64,000 nt of DNA from Yuukianura sp. NJ FZ-2021. Lineage: Eukaryota. This document shows positions 50,650 through 62,790 of the stretch, in pieces (positions within the stretch are counted from its first letter, which is position 1; every line of letters begins with the position of its first letter). The notes beneath the pieces were generated by a model. The model ran no database searches, was not told the DNA's origin, and was given only the letters and a program-made list of their open reading frames with translations. Location of the stretch: the NCBI GenBank assembly GCA_046563655.1, contig CM102290.1, forward strand, positions 10,354,001-10,418,000, given 5' to 3'. Position numbers and translations under genes: made by a program.

Positions 50650-52752
50650 GGAATTCAGGAGTGAACAGTTTACCCCTCTATCACATTCCGTTTTCGAGAT
50701 ATGAATTTTCCAAGTTTTTGAAAATTAAAATGAAATTTTAAAATTTTATATCTCGCGAACGGAAAGCGATAGAGACCTAATCTCTTCGCGAAAAACTTTC
50801 AAAAAGTATGAAGAATTTTTAGGAATATTGAAAACTCCAAAATGGAACATCAAGTTTTTCGTCAAATTTTGAAAAAAACCATGGACTATAGTCCATGGAT
50901 TTTTGTGAAATTTGGTCAAAATCTGAGGGTACCTTTTTAAAATTTCTAAAAATACTACATATTTTTGTGAATTCAGGGGCGAAGAGTTTACCTCTCTACC
51001 ACCTTTCGTTCCTGAGATATGAATTTTGAAAGTTTTTGAAAATTAAAATGAAATTTTGAAATTTTATATCTCGTGAACGGAAAGCGATAGAGACCTAATC
51101 TCTTCACGAAAAACTTTCAAAAAGTATGAAGAATTTTTAGGAATATTGAAAACTCCAAAAGCGAACATCAAGTTTTTCGTCAAATTTTGAAAAAAACCAT
51201 GGACTATAGTCCATGGATTTTTGTGAAATTTGGTCAAAATCTGAGGGTACCTTTTTAAAATTTCTAAAAATACTACATATTTTTGTGAATTCAGGGGCGA
51301 AGAGTTTACCTCTCTACCACCTTTCATTCCTGAGATATGAATTTTTCAAGTCTTTGAAAATTAAAATGAAATTTTAAAATTTTATATCTCGCGAACGGAA
51401 AGCGATAGAGACCTAATCTCTTCGCGAAAAACTTTCAAAAAGTATGAAGAATTTTTAGGAATATTGAAAACTCCAAAAGCGAACATCAAGTTTTTCGTCA
51501 AATTTTGAAAAAAAGCATGGACTATAGTCCATGGATTTTTGTGAAATTTGGTCAAAATCTGAGGGTACCTTTTTAAAATTTCTAAAAATACTACATATTT
51601 TTGTGAATTCAGGGGCGAAGAGTTTACCTCTCTACCACCTTTCATTCCTGAGATATGAATTTTTCAAGTCTTTGAAAATTAAAATGAAATTTTAAAATTT
51701 TATATCTCGCGAACGGAAAGCGATAGAGACCTAATCTCTTCGCGAAAAACTTTCAAAAAGTATGAAGAATTTTTAGGAATATTGAAAACTCCAAAAGCGA
51801 ACATCAAGTTTTTCGTCAAATTTTGAAAAAAAGCATGGACTATAGTCCATGGATTTTTGTGAAATTTGGTCAAAATCTGAGGGTACCTTTTTAAAATTTC
51901 TAAAAATACTACATATTTTTGTGAATTCAGGGGCGAAGAGTTTACCTCTCTACCACCTTTCGTTCCTGAGATATGAATTTTTATAAGTTTTGAAAATTAA
52001 AATAAAATTTCGAAAATTTATATCTCGAGAACGGAAAGCGATAGAGACCTAATCTCTTCGCGAAAAACTTTCAAAACAGATGAAGAAATTTTAGAAATAT
52101 TGAAAACTCCAAAAGCGAACATCAAGTTTTTCGTCAAATTTTGAAAAAAACCATGGACTATAGTCCATGGATTTTTGTGAAATTTCGTCAAAATCTGAGG
52201 GTACCTTTTTAAAATTTCTAAAAATACTACATATTTTTGTGAATTCAGGGGCGAAGAGTTTACCTTTCTATCGCTTTCCGTTCCCGAGTTATGAATTTTG
52301 AAAGTTTTTTAAAATTAAAATAAAATTTTAAAATTTTATATCTCGTGACCGGAAAGCGATAGAGATCTAATCTCTTCACGAGAAACCTTCAAAACAGATG
52401 AAAAAATTTTAGAAATATTGAAAACTCCAAATGGAACATCAAGTTTTTCGTCAAATTTTGAAAAAAACCATGGACTAGTACATGGTTTTTTGTGAAATTT
52501 GGTCAAAATCTGAGGGTACCTTTTTAAAATTCACAAAAATACTCCATATTTTTGTGAATTCGGGAGTGAAGAGTTTACCTCTCTATCACTTTCGGTTCCC
52601 GAGTTATGAATTTTCAAAGTTTTTGAAAATTAAAACATTTTGAAAATTTATATCTCGGCAACGGAAAGCGTTAGAGAACAAATCTTTTCGCGAAAAAGTT
52701 TCAAAAAATATAATGAATCTTTAGGAATATTGAAAATTCCAAAATCGAACAT
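50650..52752. repeat. Tandem array of ~6.5 copies of a 318-bp internally palindromic (foldback) unit
   Basis: The central palindrome CCATGGACTATAGTCCATGG or a close variant starts at 50879, 51197, 51515, 51833, 52151 and 52468 (spacing 318, 318, 318, 318, 317). The two arms of each unit are imperfect reverse complements. Confidence 0.95.
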
Positions 52753-53068
52753 GTGAGTAAACAGTATCCACATCATTTACTTCTTAATTCTTTAGTGTAT
52801 TTCGTCGTATTCAGTATTTGACAACGTAAAATTTTATTTGACTGAGTAATAAACATTAGGCTACCAGTCTTGTAACTTTTGAATTGAAATAATCTAGCGT
52901 TACTTATGAAGTTTGTGAATAAGCGGTAATTCTAAAGAACTAGGAAACAACAAGGGCGGTAGTATTTGAACTTTGGAACATGCGTATGGGTCTTCAGAGA
53001 AATCAATTCACGCTGCCCGGAGAGACTATAAAGGCTTCATGGATTCAGTAAAAGCGAAGATGAACATT

Positions 53069-55488
53069 CTAGACATATTGGTAATTATCGCGATTCTCCT
53101 TCAGAAGAGACTCTGTTGACGCAGTAGTAATTGGAACGTAGGTCCTGCTCCAGTCCACTCGGCGATAGGCTCTGAACCACGACAATTCGAAGAAATCCAC
53201 TGTGTTCTGCCAAACTGTTCTGTTAAACACGTGACCTTTGCTGCGTTGAGCGTTGGTCTTGCAAGCAGTTCCCTTGTGACAATGTTTCCCAGATGCACCG
53301 AGGTAGCTGTATCTCGAGTGGTTCAGTCTTTCGTTGGTTGTCATTCCCAGCCACAGAATCTGTAAAGGAAGGAAATAGTGCATGAGTTGACCACTGTTGA
53401 GGCACTGTGCAAGTTTTTATCACAAAACTTCGAACAACGTTGGCTTACTTGATACAGTTGGCAGACGAGAAGACAAAACACCCAGACACCATGGACAATA
53501 GATTGGACAGTCATGAAAGTGATCCATGGATGGCAGGTTATGAAGTTAACGTAGTTTCTGCCATTGGATTCCCCTCCACTTCTGCAGAAGACACTCCAAA
53601 ACGAGATTGCACCAGCACAGTAGAGTCCGCACATCACGACGAGGCAAAACAAGTATCCGACAAAGTACTTGTGGTTGTTCCACCCCACACAGTTCGAGAG
53701 CCAAGGACAGTGATGGTCAAACCTACGATAAATAGAAGTTACTCTTAGTATGTTAAAAGCAATTCGACATTAAGAACAATGAGAATGTTCATTAGGCCTT
53801 ACTTTGCAACACATCTGTTGCAGACGGAACAGTGTTTAGATCTCATGGGTTTTCTCACTAAACAAGTCGTACAAAAGTACTTCGAGTCAAAGCCATCTTC
53901 TTCTGCCAAATCGATTATCGTCTACAACAAAATAAACTCTGATTAATTTTTGAAAAAAACAGAGCGCTGTATAAAATTAAATGAAAATCAATACCTGGTA
54001 GCGCTCGTCCTTGCCGGTCGTTATCACGCCAGGATCTCCACGCCAAGCTTTAAGAAAATTGTACCAAAGCAATGTTGAAGAAAGCATAAAAAACACAGTA
54101 TCTGACAATGGAACGACCGGAGCAATATAAAGGATCCATGTTATATACATCCAGAACTGCAATAAAATGAAAGAATTACAATTAGAAGCTTTATATGACG
54201 AAAAAGGACTAGCATTAACATCAGTAATGAGAAAGAAAACAAATTACCTTTGTGGCAAGATAAATATTGATGGGGAAGATTGTCATGAAACGGTCATCAC
54301 AAATAAATCTTCCAATTCCACGAAAAATGAAAAAAGCCAATGCGAAGAGCGCGATTTTATATAAAATTCCAATATTGGCTGAGAGGAGTTCTCCGATTAG
54401 AAACATAGAAACAAACGGGATTAAAGTAGTGATCCAAAATTTCAGCGTCTAAAAACAAAGAGTTGACAGGAGACATTACAACTAGCGATTAGACAGTAAC
54501 AAACCGATTAGCCTTAAACGCTCAAACACTTTCCGATTTGCTGACTAACTTTATTTTGTTTGACGCTCTCCCACCGTCCACTTTTCTTTGGCTCGGTCAT
54601 CCCCTTCACGATATCTAGCGTCACCCGTCCAATCCAGTCGCATTTTGTGTTGATTAAAGTTAGTGGGGTTTCACCTTCATTATTTGGAATGTTCAGAGAA
54701 GCTCCGTGCTTCAAAAGCAACGATATGGCCGTAGAATTTTTGCTGTGAATCGCCCAGTGCAAAGCTGTATTCTGATGTGTATTTTCCTGAATACTTGTAT
54801 CAGCACCGAAAGTTAAAAGTAGACGAACCGGATCTGGCCTGCTCAAATAACGCTAGAATTAAAAGTTACTGCATTTCGCAAACCAAAGGCAAAAGTCATT
54901 GGAAGTTTCTTACGTATGGACTCTAGCGCAAGCCCACATCAGTGGAGTCATACCGTTCCTGTCTTGAATGTCGGGTCCAATCCCTTTCGCCAGTAAATAA
55001 GCGACAATTGGAGTGTAGCCGAATTGTGCAGCAAGATGAATGGCGGAACAACCTTCACCATCTCTCAGAGTTGGATCAGCTCCTTCTTTCATCAAGTAGA
55101 CAACCATATTTAAATGACCTTGTCTTGTGGCCCAATGAAGTGGAGTCGACTGTAGCTCTCCTCCAACAGCATCGACGATGGCTCCAGCGTCAATGTAAAG
55201 TTTCACGATCTCTTTCCTTGAATTGATCGCAGCCCAATGAAGCAGTGTTATATTCTCGGTGTCTCTTTGATTCACGTCGAACCCTTCTTCAAGTAGTTGC
55301 TTACATCTCTGATACACTCCGTACTAATAAGCAGAATTTAAAATTATTAGACATAGGATTTAGAATTGCAATGTACCGTTTGTCACCTGAGTAGCTTTCA
55401 CGATGTCGTACGTTCCTGATACATCGGCGATATCATCTTCACTTTTCCCTGCTGGAACCGCGTAGCCTGCTTCGTCTACTCCACCCAT
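53069..55488 (-). CDS. Hip14: Palmitoyltransferase Hip14/ZDHHC17 (ankyrin repeats + DHHC); 8 coding exons, ~615 aa
   Basis: Exons 55488-55387, 55323-54914, 54838-54550, 54448-54248, 54156-53995, 53921-53803, 53722-53449 and 53359-53069 (1848 nt, in frame). DIVKATQYG, ankyrin motifs TLLHWAAIN and [51 protein letters not shown]. The start codon could lie further upstream. Confidence 0.93.
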
Positions 55489-57799
55489 CTCGGATGCTGA
55501 TATTAATGGAGCAGAAGTTAACGAAATCGAGCTGACGGCAAAAAATCGAGATCTTGTCCAGCAATACAGCAACTAGAAAAACAGATAGCAAATGATATCA
55601 TGTTCAACAATGCGTTGCGTTCAACAAATCCATACGAAAGTAACTTTAGTCAGGGAACACTTATGAATGTGCATGAATGAAGCTATTATTACATGAAATG
55701 TTATACCCGAAATATTAATAGTAAAGAAACTGCTTTACTTATAATATGGAACACGATGGAACGCTAAATATTAGAAACATTGTCACCCACGTCTATTTCA
55801 GTATCATTCGCCTATTTATCCATTTCCAAATGAATACCTTTCTGACCTGTGTACTTACCTCTCAGAGTTTCCTTCGCATGAGTCAGAATGGTGACCTTTA
55901 CAGCCCAGACTACTGTACAGAAATGTACAAGGTCAAAACAGATATACCTTGAAGCCTCTGACTGAGATCAATTGATGATTTTTCTACGGCAGCCTAATTT
56001 ACTGCTACTTCTGCAGGAAGAGGAAGGGCCGAATCCGAACTTTTGACTTTATTTTACTGCTGATTTTATTTGTGCAAAAACAGGTCGGAGTAAAACTCAT
56101 CCTGCTCGGCTGGCACCCAAGAAACAGTCAGTATGCGCCCAATTCATAGCTGGGCAAATGTGTTGCACCATAAAACAGCGTATTAGAACCAAAAACTTTG
56201 GCTTACGGTGATCCTAAAGCAGACTATTGATTACTAATTTTTGAAATTATGAAAATGCATTACAAAATATTGAGTTACTACAAAATTTCAAATGCAAAAA
56301 GTACTTAAGGGCCCTTGTATCGCCCCCAGAACAACGTTGACAGTATGTTTTCAAGGAGATGAGGCGGAAGCAATCGGGAAGTACAGTAGGGAAGAAGGTC
56401 ATTAATCATCTACGGTTAGGTTACATTAGCTTGTACGTCAACTTACGTAAGGCTAAGGGACCTTTGAAGGGCCCTGAATGATCTTTCGGATTGATCCCTT
56501 CAAGTACCCTCCTTCTCCATGACAAGCGAATCCATTTGGACGTCACAACAAATCAAAAGGAAGTTCAGGGATCCAGAAAACGGGATTTCGACTATTCTGC
56601 ATGTTTGGTATCATTTACAAAAAAAAAATTGGTACTGGAGTGCTCGGTAGCTAAATCTAAAGAGAATTTCAGTTCAGCATTAATCAAAAATAGAACTCGA
56701 TTTTCGTTTTTAATTGTGTTTCTTTTAATTTCAAATTTTTGAAATTCAAATTTAAAAGGAAATTAATGGACGCAAGTCTATTTCGGTGTTGAAGGTGACT
56801 TTGTTGTATAATTCATAATTCTTTGACTTTCAACTAAAACTTGAATAAATTTGAGGATTTCAATGGATGAGTGACCTTATGAGGTCAATTAATTCTGTAG
56901 TATTAATGTGGAAGACTATAAATCAAAATGGTCTTGACAGACGGAGTCAGAATGAGTCTAATGAAAACAATCAAACCAAATACTCATATTAACATAAGTC
57001 CTTTTTAGATTAGTATAAATATTATAAAACTTATAAAATGCAATTACAAGATAGGATAAGTTGTTTTAATTAGTGAATCTGCTTAAACGTATTAACTAAC
57101 GTTATTTCAAAGTCATATTCCCAATTTCGCCACCTTCACTATCTGCTTTCACAAAGTAAATTGAAAACGTATATTATTTATTCAAAATTTGGTTCGAATT
57201 TGAATTTTAAAATTTGAAATTTAAAACCCCAAAGTACACTGGTTTCCCCTGAGAGTGCAACGTGTTGAACATTGTTTAAAATTCAGATTGTAAGAGTGGT
57301 GATTTGACATGATTAATCGTTTGGACTTAATTAATCAAAAGCTAGGGTACTATAGTCAGGTCATAAATCAGAGTAGGGGTGGCAGTGGAAAGCAGTCGAG
57401 AGGTCACTTTGTGCCGTTGACCTCGTCAGGGTTACGTCACAAGATGAACAACAAAAAATTACCACGGAGTTTAATTATCATTCTAAACGGAGTGTTTTTA
57501 ATGTAAATGTTAATGTATTCAGGATTAGTAAAGGAACAAATTGAAAGTTATTCAGAAACGTTTAATCAAACTTTTAAAAAATTTTAAAGTGGGCTAATTT
57601 TAAATAGCGTCGAACTTTCGATTAAAATGGATCTTTTTTCCTGATTATAAATGTTCCTTCACGGACTTGATACTCTCCTTTTTTCCGAAGCTTTTTTCCA
57701 AAATTTTAAAACCTAACTTTGTCATAATCACAGCTTAGAAAAAAACAGTGTTTATACATTTTAATAAAAATTATTTACTAACTATTGAGTTCATTTAAG

Positions 57800-58420
57800 C
57801 CCAAGGGCACCGGGGTCCTTTTATTGCACGTTTTTCTTCGTTACAAAGCGATAATGGAGACAAATAAAAGCAAAATTAAAGGGACACGACAAAATAACAT
57901 TGTAATAATTGTTGTGTATGGTTTTTTGTAAAATTTGTGAAAGGCTCCCGGTTTTTGGGCCCTTAATGGGACCCCTTTCACCCCTCTTAGGTTAGGCTAG
58001 GCTCTGGTGCTGATCTGATCACCTTGTACTATTTATTAAGGGTCCTCTCGGCTTCTGTTCCTGTGACTTTTTTAAATTTTGGCGGGGGGATGTGTGAAAC
58101 AAGCCCTCTGGCCCTTTTTCAGTCACTACCCCTTCCGTGACCCTTGAGGTGACTCTGGGCAATTATACTTCCTGCTTGTGACTACTGAAGCTAAAAAGCT
58201 GTGATTTTATACTTTACGGAGGCAAAGCACGCATGAGGCCCCTTTGGTTCATAAAGGGCCCTCTTCAGAAGTCACCAGAGAACAAAAGGGGGCCCTTGGA
58301 AGTTGTTTCGTCCAGAAAAAAAGAAGTTTTATTGTTGGAAGTAAATCATAGGGTCACTCCGGAGGTTCAAATGACCTTAATTGAGTCACCCTAACCATTG
58401 TCTTCACTTCCTGTCGGCTC
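57800..58420. promoter_or_regulatory. Candidate cis-regulatory module downstream of ind
   Basis: GC-richer non-coding island with about 8 GG(C/T/A)CC(C)TT / AAGGG(C/T)CC motifs and two ETS-type ACTTCCTG sites (58167, 58406). Confidence 0.3.
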
Positions 58421-61400
58421 ACCTACGCTAGAGCAAATCAGAAGAAATCATGAAGAGTAGCAGCAGAGGAGCTAAACGTTGGATAATACATATCATCAAG
58501 CATCGTGTCCAGCAGTCATTGAGATACTTTGTCGAAAAGCATACTAATTTTCATTTGACAAAAGTTTAAAATAATATAAATTACATAGTAGACTAGGTTA
58601 GGTCCTACACCCAGATCTAACATAATTTACATGCAAAAGTAAACATATTTCTACCAAATCTATTCCTTTCATGCTAAGCCCGACACAGTACTTTCAACTA
58701 AAATTATTCTAAAATTAAATTAAATAAATAAGTGTTTTTTTTCTTTAATTTGCTTGTAATTGTTTTACACATTAATTTGATTAGATTAATAAGTTTTTGG
58801 ATTATCGAAGTTGGTTAGGTTATGTTTTCAGACTAGGTTAATCCAAATATGATTTCGTTGTTTTGAGTGTTCGCTACGGCGTGCCAAGTTTGACGAAAAC
58901 TTTTGTGACTGGTCGAAACTAAGAAGCTTGACGCAGTAACGGAACTGAAGGTTAAGCGTTAGACAAAGAATTAAAGCTCAATGCGCGTGCGCCTTTACTT
59001 GAAGGGATTAGTTTTTTCAAGTGCTACTGTACAAGGTGGTAGTGAGCATTAAAAGAATGACGACGCAAAATCTCAAAATGTTTAATCGTTCCCTGTCATC
59101 TTCAATTTTGGTCGATTGAGTGTGCTCACCCTAATCCTAATTCACATCATTTGACATTGATGAGACTTCAGTTTTCATTCAACGGTTTAAGTAAGTTAGA
59201 ACACTCTAACAATTGAAACTTCCATTTTTTTAGGCAGGTCCAAGTTAGATGTAACATTTTTGCACATTTCAAAGTGACCATGCGCAGTACTTAAAATATT
59301 TTTCAAAAATCTGCCCCAACTCCAGTTTAAAAAAAAACGCCCTGCCGTTATGTGGATGTAGTTTGTATCTGTTTCTTTGTAACGCGTTTTTCAAATTTAT
59401 GTAACCTGGTGGTAGAAGTGTTGAATGTTTTTGTAACGTTAGGTGCTATTAGGGAATTGAGGGTGCAGGGCGGCGGCAGTGATTGACACGCTGGATTGGA
59501 ATTATTGTGAAGATGCGTTTCTGTTTTGTAGCGAACTTCAAGAGCTGTCCAAAGCCTCCTCCGTCAATTCATCTTGAATGTTCTATTCATTAATGAAGCC
59601 CTGTAATTTGTCATCCGCCGACAACATCCGTAATTCACCTATTCACTAACCTAACTAACCCAAACCCATTCAACACATCAACATCTACAAGGGCCCTCTC
59701 CCTTCGTGTGACACATTGTTGTCAAAGGTGCAACATACGCTCAACATCACAAAACATACCGGCAAAGTCCCGCTCTGCGACGACACAAAAAGCCATAAGG
59801 GCCCCCTTCGCTCCTCATCAAAAAATTGGAGCGTTTTTGAAGCTGTTCAAAAAGGCTCTCGAAACTTCTTCAAAAAATCCAGCAGAAGAGTGATGATTAA
59901 TTATGATAAATTATTTCTCTGAATTCTACAAAAATCTAATGTGAATTGAATCAACGCTACACCCTAACTTCTTATACGTTAGGTTAGTTACACAACTCAT
60001 TTTCCGCAACATTTCGCTGAGTGGGGCCATTAATTTGACATTCGAGTTGAATTTTTTAAAATTTGACATTTCAACTCCGAAACAGATCGAGTCAAACCGT
60101 TTTCGCATTTTAAAATGAATAGTTGGATCAAAATTTTTCGAAATTTAAAAATTTATAAAATAAGCCAGAAGGAATATTCAGACTGTAATTTTTCGACCAG
60201 TTACACATGAATTCCAACAAAGATATTTTTTTAATAACTTCAAAGCTAAGCAATTGCAAAGTATAAAAATGATTTTATATGCCTATGTTAATGATTTTTT
60301 GAAAAAAAAAATGAATTCTTTTTCGTTTGGAAAAAGTGTACATTTTTTTCCACGTGGAATTGGCACTTGGGTTTTGAAGACAGTGGAGGCCTAGGATTCA
60401 CAGGTTTAGCAATTGCACAAGTGATGATGATGTTCTATAGCTTCGGATGAGGAAAGTGCTTTCTCCACCGAACCACAAGAGAACCCAAAGAGGCTAACTG
60501 GGTTTGATCCACCGGAGCGACAAGTTAGGTTATGCAGCCTAAGTTAGGTTGGGGAAGCTAAGTTAGGGCTAGTGCCGTGGGATGAGTGGCTGATGGTTTG
60601 CATGATGGAAGTTTGATCTGAGAGGGACTTGAAGATGACAGAATGAAGGGGAAGTGCAAGGGAGGTTGACAAAGTGTTACAAATTGAATTGTAAACTCAT
60701 TTCCATGTCAGAGATGATGATGGGAGGTTGTTACAAGGGGAATCCATGCAGATTTTCTACTTTGGTTAGGTTAGGATGCTAGCAGCCATCAACTACCAAC
60801 AAATGGCCGACTTCTCATAAAGTCATAATTTCCAAATCAGGAGGCAGTTTAGGCACAATTAAAATCCCCAGGAAAACTTTTTTCTTTAAACCGGAATAGG
60901 CCCGACTCTCAGTCCTTCCGTTTCGTCAAATTTGAAATCAATTTTGAGAACCTTCAACCAAATCCCAAAAGAATTTTACTTTCACCAACTCTGTCTTTCT
61001 CGCTTTTAAATTCTATTTTCCTTGTTTTTTTTTACCGAACTTCTTTCACTTCATGTCGAGGAGTAGTTTCCGTAGTTTCAATTTTTCAAGTTTGTGCACT
61101 TCCCTTTTGCTTTTCAAATATTTCAATTTTTTTCTGAGAATCGCTTCAATTTTGTGTTGTTAAACTGAAAAAAGAAACACAAGCAAAGGTCAGACCAAAC
61201 CCTTCATCAAGTTTGTAACACAGCGAGAGGAGTTCATTGAATCTGAACTTTCTTCTAAAAAATGTATAATTTATGATGTCACTTTTTCTGTAGTTGTCTG
61301 ATTAGTATTCTTCACGCGAAGAGGCTAATGAACCCTAATGGACTCGCAACACTCAACAATCCCATTCAAAAGCTAAACATTTTTTAAAAGACGGTTACAG

Positions 61401-62790
61401 ATTTTAGAAAAATATTCTTAAAAAGTGCTCAATTTTGAACTTTTATTTCAAATAAAACAAGAGTCTTTTTTCAAGTGTTGAAAAAATTTGATAAAAATAG
61501 ATTTTTTTTTGTTTCTTTTTGTTTGTAAATCATCGCTACGGTTGTTGTAACAGTCGCAATTACTCTACGCAGATGTTTCTGGAAGGGAGTCTCCTCATGG
61601 TTATTACTTTTTAAGAGCACAATTTCCGAAAATATGAAAAAAAAATATTTTTTGGTGCCCATTTTATGCGAACAAAAAGAAATGAATAATTTAGCGATTA
61701 TTGGTAATACATTAGTGTTTTTGGAACCACAAATTTATGTTTTTGGTTCATTATGAATTGACCTAGGGCAACAACGCCATGCGGCATTGTTCTTTTTATT
61801 TCTTTTTGAAAATTTTCCAGAAAAAAGACAAATTGGTCTCTTGATGGCCATTTCATTGTTAGAACAGATTTCTTTTCTCCTAAAAATGAATTCAGACGGG
61901 GAAATCCAGTTGTTAAAAGAGAAATAAATTTTATGTTGCACAATAAAAATACAGATGAAGATTTGATTTGGTTTTTTCGACTCTAATTTGTTCCGCAAAT
62001 TTACTTATTTGGTTTTTCATTGTGGACTTTGTTATAACTTAATTAATTGTAATCATTTTATACAATTATTACTTTTGGTCGTTTGAATTAACATGAGTTT
62101 AACTTTTGCTTTTATTTAGTCTTAACCGTTTACCCCTTTTGCACCACAAAACTAGAAGAATTATGAACAATCAAATATTGAATGTTGCTAGCTTTACAAA
62201 GTTTGAAAACAAAACTTACATAAAAAGATTGCTTTAAACATGTTTTAAACTTTTCAACATTTCAGGCTTTTTGAAAGAAAAAAAAATCTGGCGAAGTAAC
62301 CCAGAAAGTGCGCTGCAAAAAAGTTGTATTCATCGCCTTGTATCATCGACATCATTTTGTTTGTAATTGAAATTATAAAGAAAACAGAAATCTGCTACAA
62401 ATTGTTAAATTGTTAATAATTTTGATGAAATTTTAATTTTTTGACCAAACTGTCGAAAACAAAATTCTTTAGTATGTATTGGTTTACCATTCAAAAATGT
62501 GATTCACGAGAAGTGTAAAAGTGTTAAAGCAAGATTTCACACATTTAAAAACTTTACGAAGTTTTTAGTTTAACTTGCTATATAAGCGTGACTAGAAAAT
62601 GCTATAATTTTGGTTTGTATATTATATTAATAATAATTTACTTTTTACTTAAGTTAACTATGGTAGTAAATAATGTTAATATTCACCAGGTTTTAAAATC
62701 TTATGTCCACACGGTCTGCATTTATGCCACGTTTTCACTTTGCTGCACTTTTTCACTTTCTGCTGCACTTAAGTTTAAAATTTCAAAATT

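Noticed and set aside
50650..52752. CRISPR-like appearance (regularly spaced palindromes) and repeated 87-aa ORFs at 51064 and 51382
   Set aside because: The sequences between palindromes are near-identical rather than unique spacers, the context is eukaryotic and there are no cas genes. The ORFs are by-products of the repeat.
1914..60775. Scattered TTAGG/CCTAA doublets resembling the arthropod telomere repeat
   Set aside because: Never more than 2-3 units in a row, so not an interstitial telomeric array.
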